Source of the DNA: Eledone cirrhosa
Lineage: Eukaryota
NCBI GenBank assembly: GCA_964016885.1
Contig: OZ024741.1
Span: forward strand, 283,836,001-283,900,000
Direction: 5' to 3'
DNA length: 64,000 nt
Shown: positions 24,572 through 37,733 of the stretch, piece after piece
Position numbering within the stretch: position 1 is the stretch's first letter
Layout of the letters: every line of letters starts with the position of its first letter
Translations under genes and position numbers: made by a program
The notes under the pieces: generated by a model
Databases searched by the model: none
Told to the model about the DNA's origin: nothing
Seen by the model: the letters and a program-made list of their open reading frames with translations, nothing else

Positions 24572-25457
24572 ATTTCATTTATTAGCCACCAGGGCCGACA
24601 TGTAGGGGACAATACAAAGACAGGGACAGTGGGGGTTTACAATAAGGTGGAGTAAAAGTGCACAATGGCAAGACTAATTTAACAATGAAAATATAAAAAT
24701 ATAAAATAAACTATGCATAAATATAACAAAATAAATTCCCCGATAGGGGGTGGACGACCCTGGGGTGATTCGGGTACCCCACCAATCCTGAACTACCCTG
24801 CGCTTCTAGGGCACCCAGGGAGAGCACCCCTCTCCTCAAGTTAGCTAGCCTATAGGCGCATGGTCAGAGTAGGCCCATTCACACGAGCCATTCTCGCCAC
24901 ATTCACCCACCTTTTAGCAAATGTACTGGGGGGCAGCACTTCTCTCTCCACCCTCACCTTCCTTTCCAGGTGAAACTTGAAGAAGTTGATGAGGGATTGG
25001 CCGAAGAGAAAAGTGTCTGTCTTTAGTCCCTTCAACCTGGTCCACCATATAATCTCTTTCGCAACTGCCACCAGACAGAGGAAAATTTCCTGCTCTTCCT
25101 GACCTAAGGAAGGCGGTGGATCGATCTGCACTATGGACTCGGCCGATAGCCGGATTCGTTCCACACGCGACAGTAGCTGTTCGACATAACTCCACAAGTC
25201 AGTAATGCCCGGACATTGGACAAGTGCGTGCAGAACGGTTTTGTCTTTCTGTGCGCATCTTGGGCAGGTCCGTCTGACAGCACTTCCGTGCCTGTAGAGT
25301 TTCTCCCGAACCGGCAGTGCCCCCCGGTAGCACTGCCAAGCGAGGGATTTCTGGAAATTGTCCATCGTCCCCGACTCAAAAGTCCTCCGGTACAGACTGG
25401 TCAGTTTGACTTCGTCGAGGCCCAAAGCTTCTCCGAGTGCGTCATCGCACTTGCCCA
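24572..25457 (-). mobile_element. Tx1/L1-clade LINE 3' fragment flanked by (AAT)n on both sides
   Basis: FQKSLAWQCYRGALPV...CPRC...TVLHALVQC (zf-RVT-like C-terminus). Confidence 0.85.
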
Positions 25458-25484
25458 ATAATAATAATAATAAGGAGAAGAAGA

Positions 25485-26045
25485 AGAATTGGTGGGAGCA
25501 TCAACCACCTCCCATACTTGAAAAAGATCACATCTCAATCTTGTGGAACTTTAGCATCCAAACAGACCGAAAAATAGATGCAAACAGACCTGATATAATA
25601 TTGAAAGACTTTCAAAAGAGGGTATGCCTGCTAATTGATATGTCTGTTCCAATAGACAAGAATGTATCTATAAAAACATTTGAAAAATTGAGCAAGTATA
25701 AGGACCTGGAGATAGAAATTGGAAAAATGTGGAAATTGAGAACTAAAACAATACCAGTGGTTGTAGGCGCTCTGGGAATGATACCTAAGGGGTCTAATGA
25801 TTACTTATCGCAAATCCCAGGAAACCCGCGTATAGGAGAAATACAAAAGATAGTACTAATGGGAACTGCCCATATACTAAGGAAGATTCTGTCAATATAA
25901 GTACATCACAAGTCTAAACACTAAAGATGCATGTGTGAGTATGTATGTTCTTTCTTGAACATGGCAGACCTTGTTGTCTCTTGAGGTCACTGGTTGTGAC
26001 TTGGTGATAACTCGTATGAACATAAAGCAAGATAAATGCAACCAT
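25485..26045 (+). mobile_element. Dong/R4-clade LINE 3' fragment (restriction-like endonuclease)
   Basis: LWNFSIQTDRKIDANRPDII..CLLIDMSVP..KLSKYKDL..IPVVVGALG; ends in (TAA)n. Confidence 0.85.
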
Positions 26046-26063
26046 AATAATAATAATAATAAT

Positions 26064-29045
26064 AATGCTTTCTTTATTAACCACAAGGGTTTACACAAAG
26101 TATAACATTAAGGACAACACAGGACAATACAAATGGACATTTCTGCGTGTAAAAAAAGACAAAAACAGAGTGTGACAAAAGGAAACAATGAAAAATTCCC
26201 AATAGGAGGGGGGGGGGGAGTGACCTCCGAGGGTTGCTCGTGGAGAAAGTCCACAAGAAAAGCCACAGTTACCCTGACTGCTAGGGCAAATGCCTTCTTC
26301 CAGTTTTCCTCCTACAATACTACAGGTACACGCTCAGAGTAGACCCATTCACACGGGCCATGCTTGCCTCTCTCACCCACCTTTCAACAAACTGGCTGGA
26401 GATCAGCCCTTCCCTCTCCACCCTGAATTTTCCTCTTCAGGTGAAACCTGAAAAAGTTAATTAGGGCGTCACCGAAGGGGAAAGTACCGGTCTTCAACCC
26501 TTTCAGACGTGTCCACCATACAATCTCTTTTACCATGGCCACCAGGCAGATAAAAACTGCCTGCCCTTCTCGGCTAAAGGAAGGCGGCGGGGCAATCTTC
26601 ACGATGGACTCAGCTGATAACTGGATCCGTTCTACACGTGAGAGCAGGTGTTCGGCATAAACCCACAAATTAGCAATGCTCGGACACTGGACGAGTTCGT
26701 GCAGGACGGTTTCATCGGCCTGTGCACATCTCGGACAGGCTTGGCTGATGGCACTTCCATGGCTGTAGAGTCTATCCCGAACTGGCAAAGCTCCTCGGTA
26801 GTACTGCCAGGCCAGGGATTTCTGGAAGTTGTCCATGGGCCCCAGCCCGAAAGTTCTCCCGAAGAGATTGGCTAGTTGGTTTTCATCGACGCCTAGAGTC
26901 TCCCCAAGGACGTCATTGCTCTTTCCTTCCACTAATCCGCTATAGAAAGCCAAGGTGGAGTTTCCAGCGATTGTATTCTCGACTGGTCAAGGGCTGTAAG
27001 CGCCTGAAGATATTCTAATCTCCAAGCCCTTTCTCTCGGTCTTCACTTGACCCAGGACTGCAGCTCCGTCAAGGAGACAAGCTGGGGAAACATGTGTCTA
27101 GCAAAGGGCGACCACACCTGATCACTCTCGAGGGTGTTGACAGCAGATGGACCGCCTGACCATCGGAGCACATCCCTTCCACAAAAAGCGAAAGAGCAAA
27201 CGCTCCAGTGCAGTCAGGCAAGGCTTAGGACAAGGCATGACGGTCAGGCGGTAGTAGATGACAGACGCAATGTATGCATTCACCACCTCCGCTTGACCTT
27301 TCAGGGATAGCTTCCTCTCGGCCCATTTCTGGGTGAGAGAAAACACTTTGCTCGTGACCTCCTCCCAGTTTTTGTCTATCTGGAGGTCCGGACCGAACCA
27401 GACCCTAGCAATTTAACCGGTCCATCCATCCAGCACCATGTTGGGCGGCATGGACCTGCCTCTCCAGATGCCGAGTTGCAGGCCTACTGATTTTTCCTGG
27501 TTGGTCATTGCTCCTGTCACTACCTCGTATTCTTAGTGTGGTGCCGATTGCCTCGATGTGTTTGGAGTTCGACACCACTACGGTGATGTCGTCTGCATAA
27601 GCTGACACTGTTCTTCCACATCCTAGTTCACGTAGATCCCCTTCAACATCTCCAGTTCGTGCAGTAATGGCTCAAGAGTCAATACGTACAAGGACGAGAG
27701 AGGACATCTCTGGCGGATCGAGCGCATGATGTTGAACGGTTCTGAAAGGTGACCGTTCATTCTCACCACAGAGCAGATGTCGCTGTGCATGGCAGCAATC
27801 CAGCCTCTGAAGACAGGACCAAAGCCAGCTGCTCTTAGGAGGACTGCTGCCAGATAACAATGGTCAACCCTATCGAAAGCTTTTGACTGATCTAAATTGA
27901 TCAAAGACCCACCCATGCCAGGTTCCCTAGCTACCCTCTCTACGATGTATCGCATGAGGTGGAGGTTGTCATGGATAGATCTGTCTGGAATGGTGCATGT
28001 TTGCGCCTCTCCCACCAGACCACCAATAACAACCTCTTTGCTATCACCTTAGCCAAAATCTTTAAGTCTGTGTTTAGCAGAGTTATGGGCCTGAAATTTT
28101 CTGTTATCCCCCTGTTCGGATCCTTTCTCAGCAGTGCCACCGCTCCTCGGCTCACAGAGCTGGGAATTCTCCCGTTCTGCTGCCAGTTGCAGTAGATGTC
28201 TGCCAAGAGGTCTTCGAACAATTCTGGCATATGTATGTAAAATTTGTAGGGCAGACCATCCAAACTAGGTGATTTACCCATTGTGCGGCTAGTCATTGCC
28301 TCCTGTACTTCAGCAGCTGTTATCAGCCTTTCGCAACACTCCGCCTCAGTGGCCGAGAGCCACGGCAGAACGTCGAGGTAGGCACTGAAGACCATTCCGT
28401 AATGCAGCCCACCATTGCCCCTGAATAGCTGAGTAAAATGCCGCTGAAAAGCCGCACACATCTGCCCGGGATCAAGTATCATGTGCCCGTCGTGGTTCGC
28501 CAAAGACCAGACCATGGCTTTGTTTCCACAACGCGCCACCGTCACCCAGGCCCATTGAACGGCTTTTGTCCACTCGTGTCTGAGAGCACGCACCCTAGCT
28601 CTGACAATGCAGCCTTCGTGCTTAGCGTTGAAAAATTGGTCAAGAGCCAATTTCGACGCAAGCACGTCAGTCGCGATGCCTTTACTAAGTGCCTCGTCTA
28701 ATTTGCTAACTAGATTTCCTTCTGCTCTATTTTTTTCTGTTACTAGCGCTTTACTAAACCTAATGGATTCTATTCTAATCGTTCTTTTCAGGGCAAACCA
28801 CCATTTGTTGTTGACGATAGCCCTTGCAACGCCCGCTTAACTAATTCGCTAATCCGGTCTCTGTAAGCTTTGTGCACTGTTAACAACGAGTTTAGTTTCC
28901 AGTAGCAGGGTCCCTGTCTATGAAGCCTATCTAAGTCAACCCACAGATCACAAATTTATGGTCCATGTAGCTGACTATCTTGAATTGTGGACAGCCTATC
29001 TATTTCCCTACAAAATACTCTATCTAGATATGATCTGGATGACCC

Positions 29046-29046
<1 letters not shown>
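26064..29046 (-). mobile_element. Tx1/L1-clade LINE, degenerate ORF2 (endonuclease end, RT, C-terminus)
   Basis: GKSPSLDGLPY, NFRPITLLNTDLKILAK, LDQSKAFDRVDH, SAYADD; multiple frameshifts; (AAT)n at both ends. Confidence 0.9.
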
Positions 29047-29078
<32 letters not shown>

Positions 29079-29239
29079 GACTGATTTGATGACCCGGTCA
29101 AAAAATCAAAAAACCAAAAATCAAAATCAAAACAGCACAGCAGCAACGAAAAACGTAAAGAAAAGAAAAAAGAAAAGAAAAGCAGACAGACAGACAGACA
29201 GACTGGGGGGGGGGGGGGGGGGGCGGTTTACCTATTTGT

Positions 29240-31632
29240 TTGTTTATGTTCATCTACAGCGTGATAGTGCCACACTAAAATCTCCGGGGGTGATGAAATC
29301 ACCGGTGGTTATGTAACCATACATTCACCAATCCTCGATAAGAGTGTTTAAATGTCAAACCTAAACAGTTCGAATAACGGTGAAGTGGAGACTGGAATGT
29401 CATGTGACAGACTCTCACCCAGCAGGTGCTCTCTGGCTCAGCAGCAGGGACCTGGCTGTCAACCAAATACTGCTGGTGTCGGAGGAAGAAGAAGAAGGAA
29501 AGGGACCAGAACCAACTGGATGAAAGAATTGAATAGAACTGTTATGCAATGTTACCTGAAGAGTAACCCCAAGGAGAAAGGCTATAGGAAACGGATGCAT
29601 AACATCTGAAACGAGATTGGTCTATTTAAATTAGATGAACAAAAATTGGCCGGGCAGGCTCGGGTAATAAGAACTAATGGGTGGATAAGCGAGCTGGAAC
29701 TGGAGGAACTGAGCAGAGAGATTAGCTTGGAGTATGCCAGGCAAACGAGCCAGTGGGAAATGAAGGTGAAGAGGTTGAGAGAACGGAAGAACCATCCGAA
29801 GCAGACAATGATCTGAATGCTGAAATAAATAATACCTGGAACAAAGATACGGCCATTGAGGAGATGAATGCTGACGGGCTAGGACAAGATTTGGTTGATA
29901 TCCTAAACTTAGTGGTAGATGAAATGAACAATGATAGTGGGAAACCTATGAACCTAAGATTTGTAGACAGGAAAAAGTTAAAAGAAACAACAGCTAAGGT
30001 AAACAAAGTCATCCCATACCTTGAGGGCGAGGAGCCTTCACCAGTGCAACAATATCCTCAAAGCAACAGCAAATGCGGTGAGGAAATTACGTGGTATAAA
30101 AGCAAGAGGATACAACAAACAAGAAAGATCAGAACCTTGGTGGAAGAAACGACTGAATGGTCAAATCGGCGAAATGAGAAATCACATTGGAAAGCTTGAG
30201 TCCCTACTGAATGGGACACTAAAAAACATAGACACTAAAAATAGACTGGAAATAAAGTACAAAACTAGGAGGAAAAAGCTAAATATTATCATAGAGGAAC
30301 TGAAGCAACTCATTGTAGCAAAAAGTGCAAAGATTAGGCAGTATGAGAACAGAGTTAGTCAGTATAGACAGAACCACATGTTTGACAACAACCAGAAGAT
30401 GTTGTTTGGACAGCTTGAAAGGAAAGAAAGAGGCAACGACTTGATCCCTGAGGCGGAACAAATTAAGACATTCTGGAGAGGAATATGGGAGCAGGATGTT
30501 AAACATAATGGCCAGGCAGTGTGGATTGAGACAGTACAAAAGGAGATTAGTGAACAGGCACACAAACAAACTGATTTGAGTATCACAGTTGAAACTCTTA
30601 AGGGGCAGGCCAAAAAACTAACCAACTGGAAATCACCAGGCCCAGATGGTGTATTGCATTAAAAATATAACATCCCTCCACCCGAAACTGACAACCATGT
30701 TCAATGACTGCTTGATGTCAGGTGAGGTGCCAGAGTGGTTGACAAAAGGTACCACAGTTCTGGTAATGAAAGACCGAATCAAGGGTAATAATGTTACCAA
30801 CTATAGACCTATCACATGTCTGTCCGTAATGTGGAAACTGTTGTCAAACATTGTGTCTGAGGAAATCTACCATCACCTCCACACAAACAACTTGTTACTG
30901 GATGAACAGAAAGGATGCCGAAAGAAGTCCCGTGGTACAAAGGACCAGTTACTTATTGATAAGATGGTAATGAGGAATTGCAAGAGGAGACACACTGGTC
31001 TTGCCATGGGATGGATAGACTACAAAAAGGCATTTGACATGGTGCCTCATTCTTGGATCACCAAAAGCCTAGAGATCTTCTAGGTGGCAGCTAACATCAG
31101 ACAGTTGTTGAGCAAAAGTATGAAGTCCTAGAAAACAGAGTTAACATCAGCTGGAGAATCCTTGGGAGGCGTGAAGATCAAGAGAGGTATCTTCCAGGGA
31201 GATAGTCTGTCCCCTCTGTTGTTTGTCCTTGCCCTGATGCCCCTGACCATTATACTGCGAAAAGTGAGAGCAGGATACAAGTTGGGAAAGGGAGAGCTTA
31301 CCATCAATCATATTTACAAGGAGGAGGCTAGCCCACTGTGCAGGATCTGTGGAGAGAGAGAGGAGACTGTGGCTCACATTGTATCCGAGTGTAAACACCT
31401 AGCCCAGACTCACTATAAAAGCTGGAGACATGATGTGATGGGCAGGGTGATCCACCGGCACCTATGCAAAGTAAACAATTTACCACATTCTGAGAAGTGG
31501 TATGAGCATAAGCCAGAGTCGGTGATAGAAAACGATCAGGTGAAGGTGCTGTGGGATTTTAGGATACAGACGGACAAGAAACTGGAACACAATAGACCTG
31601 ACATGGTGGTTTTGGACAACTTTTTTCTTTAA
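29240..31632 (+). mobile_element. Dong/R4-clade LINE including 5' end, with internal deletion near 31310
   Basis: GYRKRMH, NWKSPGPDG, NYRPITCL, WIDYKKAFDMVPH, GIFQGDSLSPLLF joined directly to CRICGEREETVAHIVSEC and RPD. Confidence 0.9.
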
Positions 31633-31669
31633 ACAGCAAAGAAACAACAAATTCAAAAATCTCAATACA

Positions 31670-32950
31670 CAGAGGAATATTCCAGGGAGATTCCTTATTC
31701 CCCCTCCTCTTCTCTATAACATTAATTTCTTGTTCTCATGAACTAAGGAATTCTACCTATGGCTACAAAATTAAAGAAAGTCTTTTCAGCCATCACTTCT
31801 ATATGGATGATATTGAGCTCTTCGCTAAAGATGATAACAAATTAGAGGGTCTGCTTAAGATAGTAAAATATTTTAGTGATGACATAGACATGGACTTTGG
31901 TCTTGATAAGTGTGCAAAACTGTCTTTGAAGAAAGGCAAAGTAACTCAAGTTCCAAGATAGACTTGGACATAAACACACAAATGAGACAACTTGATCAAT
32001 AGGACAGCTACAAATATCTTGACATCTCTGAATGCGGGGGAATAAGTCACACCCAAATGAAGGAAAAAGTCAGAAAAGAATATTATAGATGAGTGGGACT
32101 TATCTTAGACACGGAACTCAATTCAAAGAACAGAATATCCATGAAAAAACAACTTAGCAGTACCTGTTGTTCAATACAGCTTTAATATAGTTAAATGGAC
32201 AGTATAGGATATCAATAGATGGATACTAAGATCACATGTCACCCTATGTACCACCCTAAAGCAGACGTTGAGCGATTTTACCTGCCCAGATCTAAGGGAG
32301 GCAGAGGTCTAATCCAATTAAAGCTCTCCTACAAGACAACAACAATTGGCCTGCAACAATATCTTGAAGTAACTAATGAATGGATGAGGGGCAAGCAGTA
32401 AAACAGTATAAAGCCAGCAAAAACTTTAATTCTGTGATAAAAGAAAGCACCAAATATGTGCGCGAAATAAATCTAAGTGCAGATGTGATACAAGAAACTC
32501 CTCTTCCACCAACAGTGTCAGCAAAGTCTAAAAAAACAAAGCAAAAGAAGCAACTATTGATCACATGAAGGAAAATGGCAAAATAAGCCACTACATAGCC
32601 AGTATCGGACTTGAATCAGGGAAGCTGATGTAAACAAAACCCAAACCCATCAGTGGCTGCAGAGTTTAGGACTGAAATCTGAAACAATATTTCATACTGG
32701 CTGCACAAGACCTTGATACAAAAAAATGATCATGCAAACATATTGGGTATAAACATAATGACCTAAAATGCTGGTTCTATGACAGAAATACTGAAACAGT
32801 GGATCACCTAATATCTGCCTGCACCACCTTAGCACCATATTAATATAGAAAAACACACGACAGAGTGGGGAAGAACATACACTGGAAAATATGTGAGTAC
32901 CATGGAAAAGATGTAACAAAAAATCTGGTAACAACATCATCAAGACCTGG
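31670..32950 (+). mobile_element. Second, more degenerate Dong/R4 family fragment (RT C-half)
   Basis: HHFYMDDIELF..., FGLDKCA, HPKADVERFYLPRSKGGRGL. Confidence 0.75.
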
Positions 32951-32971
32951 TATCTGAAATTAGTAATGTAA

Positions 32972-34205
32972 AAATGAGAAAAGACATTGGAAAGCTTGAG
33001 TCTTTACTGAATGAGACATTACAAAACATAGACACTAAAGATAGATTGAAAATAAAATACAAAACTAGGGGAAAAGAGCTAAATGTTATCATAGAGGAAC
33101 TGAAGCAACTCATTGTAGCAAAAAGTGCAAAGATTAGGCAGTATGAGAACAGAGTTAGTCAGTATAGACAGAACCACATGTTTGACAACAACCAGAAGAT
33201 GTTGTTTGAACAGCTTGAAAGGAAAGAAAGAGGCAACGACGTGATCCCTGAGGCGGAACAGACTAAGACATTCTGGAGAGGAATATCGGAGCAGGATGTT
33301 GAACATAATAGTCAGGCAGTGTAGATTGAGACAATTCAAAAGGAGATTAGTGAATAAGCGCACCAACAACCTGATTTGAGTATCACAGTTGAAACTCTTA
33401 AAAAGCAGGCCAAAAAACTAACCAACTGGAAATCACCAGGCCCAGATGGTGTGCAGGGGTATTGGATTAAAAATATAACATCCCTCCACCCGAAACTGAC
33501 AACCATGTTCAATGATTGCTTGATGTCAGGTGAGGTACCAGAGTGGTTGACAAAAGGTACCACAGTTCTGGTAATGAAAGACCGAATCAAGGGTAATGAT
33601 GTTACCAACTATAGACCTATCGCATGTCTGTCCGTAATGTGGAAACTGTTGTCAAGCATTGTGTCTGAAGAAATCTACCATCACCTCCACACAAACAACT
33701 TGTTACTGGATGAACAGAAAGGATGCCGAAAGAAGTCCCGTGGTACAAAGGACCAGTTACTTATTGATAAGATGGTAATGAGGAATTGCAAGAGGAGACA
33801 CACTGGTCTTGCCATGGGATGGATAGACTACAAAAAGGCATTCAACATAGTACCTCATTCGTGGATAACCAAAAGCCTAGAGATCTTCAAGGTGGCAGAT
33901 AAGATCAGACAGCTATTGAGCAAAAGTATGAAGTCCTGGGAAACAGAGTTAACATCAGGTGGAGAATCCTTGGGAGGCGTGAAGATCAAGAGAGGTATCT
34001 TCTATGGAGATAGTTTGTCCCCTCTGTTTTTGTCCTTGCCCTGATACCCCTGTCCATCATATTGCGAAAAGTGAGAGCAGGATACAAGTTGGGAAGAGGA
34101 GAGCTTACCATCAACCACCTCCTCTTCATGGACGATGTTAAACTCTTTGGGAAGAGTGAGAAGGAGTTGGATGTACTTGTTGACAATGTCCGTATTTTCA
34201 CCAGA
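32972..34205 (+). mobile_element. Dong/R4 LINE fragment, highly similar copy of 30175-31310
   Basis: Near-identical translations; continues to HLLFMDDVKLF. Confidence 0.9.
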
Positions 34206-34499
34206 TACCTCCCATCATTAAGGAAACCACAAGTCTGATGAGCTATTGATTTCAGAGTCAGGTGTATCCTATACTGATCGTACCTTGAGCTGATCAATCA
34301 TGAAATGTGTATCACACATGAATAAATATAATGATGATACTATGACACCTCCTTCTTACTCATTATTATTATTAACACTCTGTTTATGAAGGAGACCAAC
34401 CATAGTGTAACACAAAGGAAATGAAAATAAGCAGAAAGAAGACATTCTAAATACACAATAATTTAGGGGTTAAGGAGAGAAACACTTTTTATGAATGAA

Positions 34500-35533
34500 A
34501 TTTATAACTGGAAATGAATTTTTCTAGATTTCTTGACTCACATGGTGTAAGCTTAAGTTGTTCTTTGAACAGAACTATCTTGATTACATATATGGCCTTA
34601 GACATCCAACGAGCCTGGTACAAGGGCCTGGGACTAAGAAAGAAAGCTGGGGAGATGACCAACAACCAAGATAAAGAAGGGAGAGCTTTATGAACTTGAC
34701 AGTCTTCTCAGGAATGATCTCCAGAAAGTAGTACAGTCAGTAGATATTCAGCCATCTCTTCCCTCTTTTGCTTGTAAAAATCTTCCATGGGCTCATCATT
34801 GTCCAGGATAGTTTGATAATGAGACTTATTGATGGACTCCCAATGTTCCTTGAACTTTTTGAATATTAGGATACCGGGATAGATGATGGGAAAAAAATCT
34901 TGAAGACTTTCTTCAAAACAAATTGAAGAATGTGATGGCAGCCAGCCACAAAAAGTATTTTTTCAGAGCTGCTTCAATTTTTGTATTAGCTCCTTGGTGT
35001 GAGCCAGTGGTACTGGCCAGTGGTGTTGAAGGACATACCGATTATTTTATCCTCAATTTTGAGTCATTGAATTTTCTTCAAAACAACTTCACTGATTTGT
35101 TGTTTAGCTCCATCACTTGCAATGTAAGAGCTCCTCCTTTAATTGTAATTAAAACTGCAATCCAATCTTTGAGTGTGCTGGATTGGGAAGCCAATGGTAA
35201 TAATTCTCTCTCCCAGTGGAGGACTAGCCAAGATCTGTTTTCAGGTCTGAAAGTAGATAACTCGATTTCCTGAACCATCTTTTCACAGTGACTTGCATAG
35301 CATTAAAAAAGCACCAAACTATGAAAACCTTAAATATATTCATATCTCCACATATTTTTGCCTGTGCAGCTTTCATGTAAAATAAATAGGGGCACAGTTG
35401 GCATGAAGTGATTTCAACAAAAAATGTTCCCTATAAATATGAAAAATTCAAGACATTAAAATCACTGATCTCCAATACATGGCTAATAAGAAGGGATATG
35501 TCCAGGTATTTCTGTTGCTCTTGTCCTGAGCAC

Positions 35534-35536
<3 letters not shown>
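34500..35536 (-). mobile_element. Degenerate DNA transposase remnant, hAT-like (probably hATm)
   Basis: Across frameshifts: DKIIGMSFNTT..TGSHQGANTKIEAALKKYFLWLA.CHHILQFVLKKVF (DTTASNTG and CxxH-like motifs); TGGGTG-like terminus near 35536. Confidence 0.55.
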
Positions 35537-35599
<63 letters not shown>

Positions 35600-35604
<5 letters not shown>

Positions 35605-35975
35605 TCATACAAGGAACAAAGATGCTACTCATAGTTTCAAGGTCCAAATTTGACCATAACTCAAGAAAACAAGAGGCACCAAATTAATGACTTTATAAGC
35701 TCATAATAATTGTTTCTACTTTTGGCACTTTATTTTATCGACCCCTTATGGATGAAAGGTAAAGTTAACCTCGGCGGGATTTGAACTCAGACCGTAAAGG
35801 GCCGTAACTATGCTGAAAAGCATGGTGTCTGCCTCTCTACCGATACTGCCAATCCACTGCCCTTAAACTCATAATAATGCCTGAAGAAAGGTCACTAATT
35901 TGATGCCTCTTGTATTCTGGAGTCAAATTTGGGCCTTGAAACTTAGGGTAGTGCCTTTGTTCCTTGTATGAACAT
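35600..35975. repeat. ~100-bp palindrome (35600-35700 / 35878-35975) carrying a hammerhead motif, split by a SINE
   Basis: Arms are reverse complements; right arm ATGC-CTGAAGA-AAGGTC...GGCCTT-GAAACTTAGGGTA. Confidence 0.7.
35710..35867 (-). mobile_element. tRNA-derived Nin-domain SINE with CTCATAATAAT target duplication
   Basis: Reverse complement of the 46081 SINE family. Confidence 0.8.
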
Positions 35976-36123
35976 AAAAAAGATAATACAATATTTCTGC
36001 TCTCTTCCCAATTAAGCACTGTTTTCCTTTTTCCACCTATGGATATTGCTATATATACATACATATATATATTGCTTTTTACTCTGTATATGATACTTGC
36101 TTTTTACTTTCTCTCTATATATG

Positions 36124-36175
<52 letters not shown>

Positions 36176-36399
36176 GAAAGTGGGAGATGTATAAGTTATA
36201 TCTACATATACATGTGTGTGTATGTGCATGTGTGTCTGTATTTATGTTCTGTTTGACTTGAAAAAATAAGTACACATATCTATCTATTGATATTTCTCTG
36301 GTGTTGGTGAAATGTAATCAAATAAATCAAGCTGGTACATCAGTATGACTGCAGTCTAACAATCAAAAGCAATAAATAACAGCAATAAATGATACTTAC

Positions 36400-36561
36400 C
36401 CACAGAAACATTTTCTCCATACAGACTTATTCCACATTGGCTGTCATCACTTAAGACTTTAATCACATTTCCCACAATTGGTGAATAACAGTTGACATCA
36501 TTACCATCTGTGATAAACGAGGCACACTCCTGCATTGTTGAGTTATAACCAATTTGAATAT
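36400..36561 (-). CDS. Module 2 exon A (162 nt): DIQIGYNSTMQECASFITDGNDVNCYSPIVGNVIKVLSDDSQCGISLYGENVSV
   Basis: Canonical splice sites, open frame, conserved Cys. Confidence 0.88.
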
Positions 36562-37131
36562 CTGTTGAAAAAAATAATATTGAATGATATTGATGAAAAT
36601 ATTGACTGTTATTGCAAGGCATCACATACAACACTTAATAATTCTTCCAATCCATCACCTTGAACTGGTAATTTATTTTATCAGCCATAAAAGTCAAAGT
36701 TGACCTTGGAGGGATTTGAACTCAGAGCACAGAGAGCCAGAACAAATACCACAAGATCTTCTGTCTGATGTTATAATGACTCCACCAATTCATAGAATAT
36801 TGTATATTTATCAAGAGACATGATTTCCTCCCCACACATACTTTTTACACTTTAACCATTTCATTACCATATTTCTTATGAAAGACATTGACTATGGTGT
36901 TGAAATAATTTTGAAACTAATCAATTATTTGGATAGAATTGGTAATATAACTAACTTTCTCATTATTAGCTGAGGTGTGGACATACAGTGGAAGCTTTTA
37001 GATTGATATAAATACTTTAAAATAAAGTTTTGTATCATAAGAACAGGGGGAAGTTTTAGAGAGTTTGGTGAAGAAAAAGTAAGTAAATATGCCAAAACAA
37101 ACAATTATTGATAAACTGAAGAAAAACTTAC

Positions 37132-37203
37132 CAATGGTTTTCTGCAAGCAATCAGCCGAAGGACGAACATAAACCACACGAAAGAGGTCATCAAGTTCAT
37201 ACA
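37132..37203 (-). CDS. Module 2 exon B (72 nt): VYELDDLFRVVYVRPSADCLQKTI
   Basis: cttcctttctttcag acceptor, G|GTAAGT donor. Confidence 0.85.
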
Positions 37204-37688
37204 CTGAAAGAAAGGAAGATAGACTGTTGATTAGTTTAATGCAAACCTAATTAATGTAGTGAACCAAGAAGTTTTAATTAATTAAAAATTAAGCACCTTG
37301 TAAATTAACAATAAACTCTAGTCAAGAAAGGTAAGAGAAACAACTGTGGTATTTCAATTAAATCAGAACATAGCTTAGAATACATACCATGTGATCCATT
37401 CACCACTTTCTGTATTTAAAAAAACCCCCACTACTTTCAGATTCAATTACACAAGATATCCTGCTCTGAATTAGATCATCAATTCTTCTTTTGACGAAGA
37501 GATTTTTCCCCTGAAATATTAAGGACTATTAAACAACCCCTAGGTAACACTCCAACATCTTAAGTCATGTGCTTCATTCTAGTATCTAAACAATACAGCA
37601 AAATTATACAAGATACTACCCACAATGACCTACAATTATGCTAACACATCTACCAACAGATAAAAGAAAACTAAATAGCTATACTCAC

Positions 37689-37733
37689 CACGTTCATACA
37701 TTTCATTTCCAGGTGTACTTGAGAATAATTTAA
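37689..37733 (-). CDS. Module 2 exon C (45 nt): VKLFSSTPGNEMYER
   Basis: tttttcag acceptor, G|GTGAGT donor, phase 1-1. Confidence 0.8.

Noticed and set aside
24850-34044. Intact autonomous retrotransposon or domesticated RT gene
   Set aside because: All RT/endonuclease ORFs are broken by stops, frameshifts or deletions
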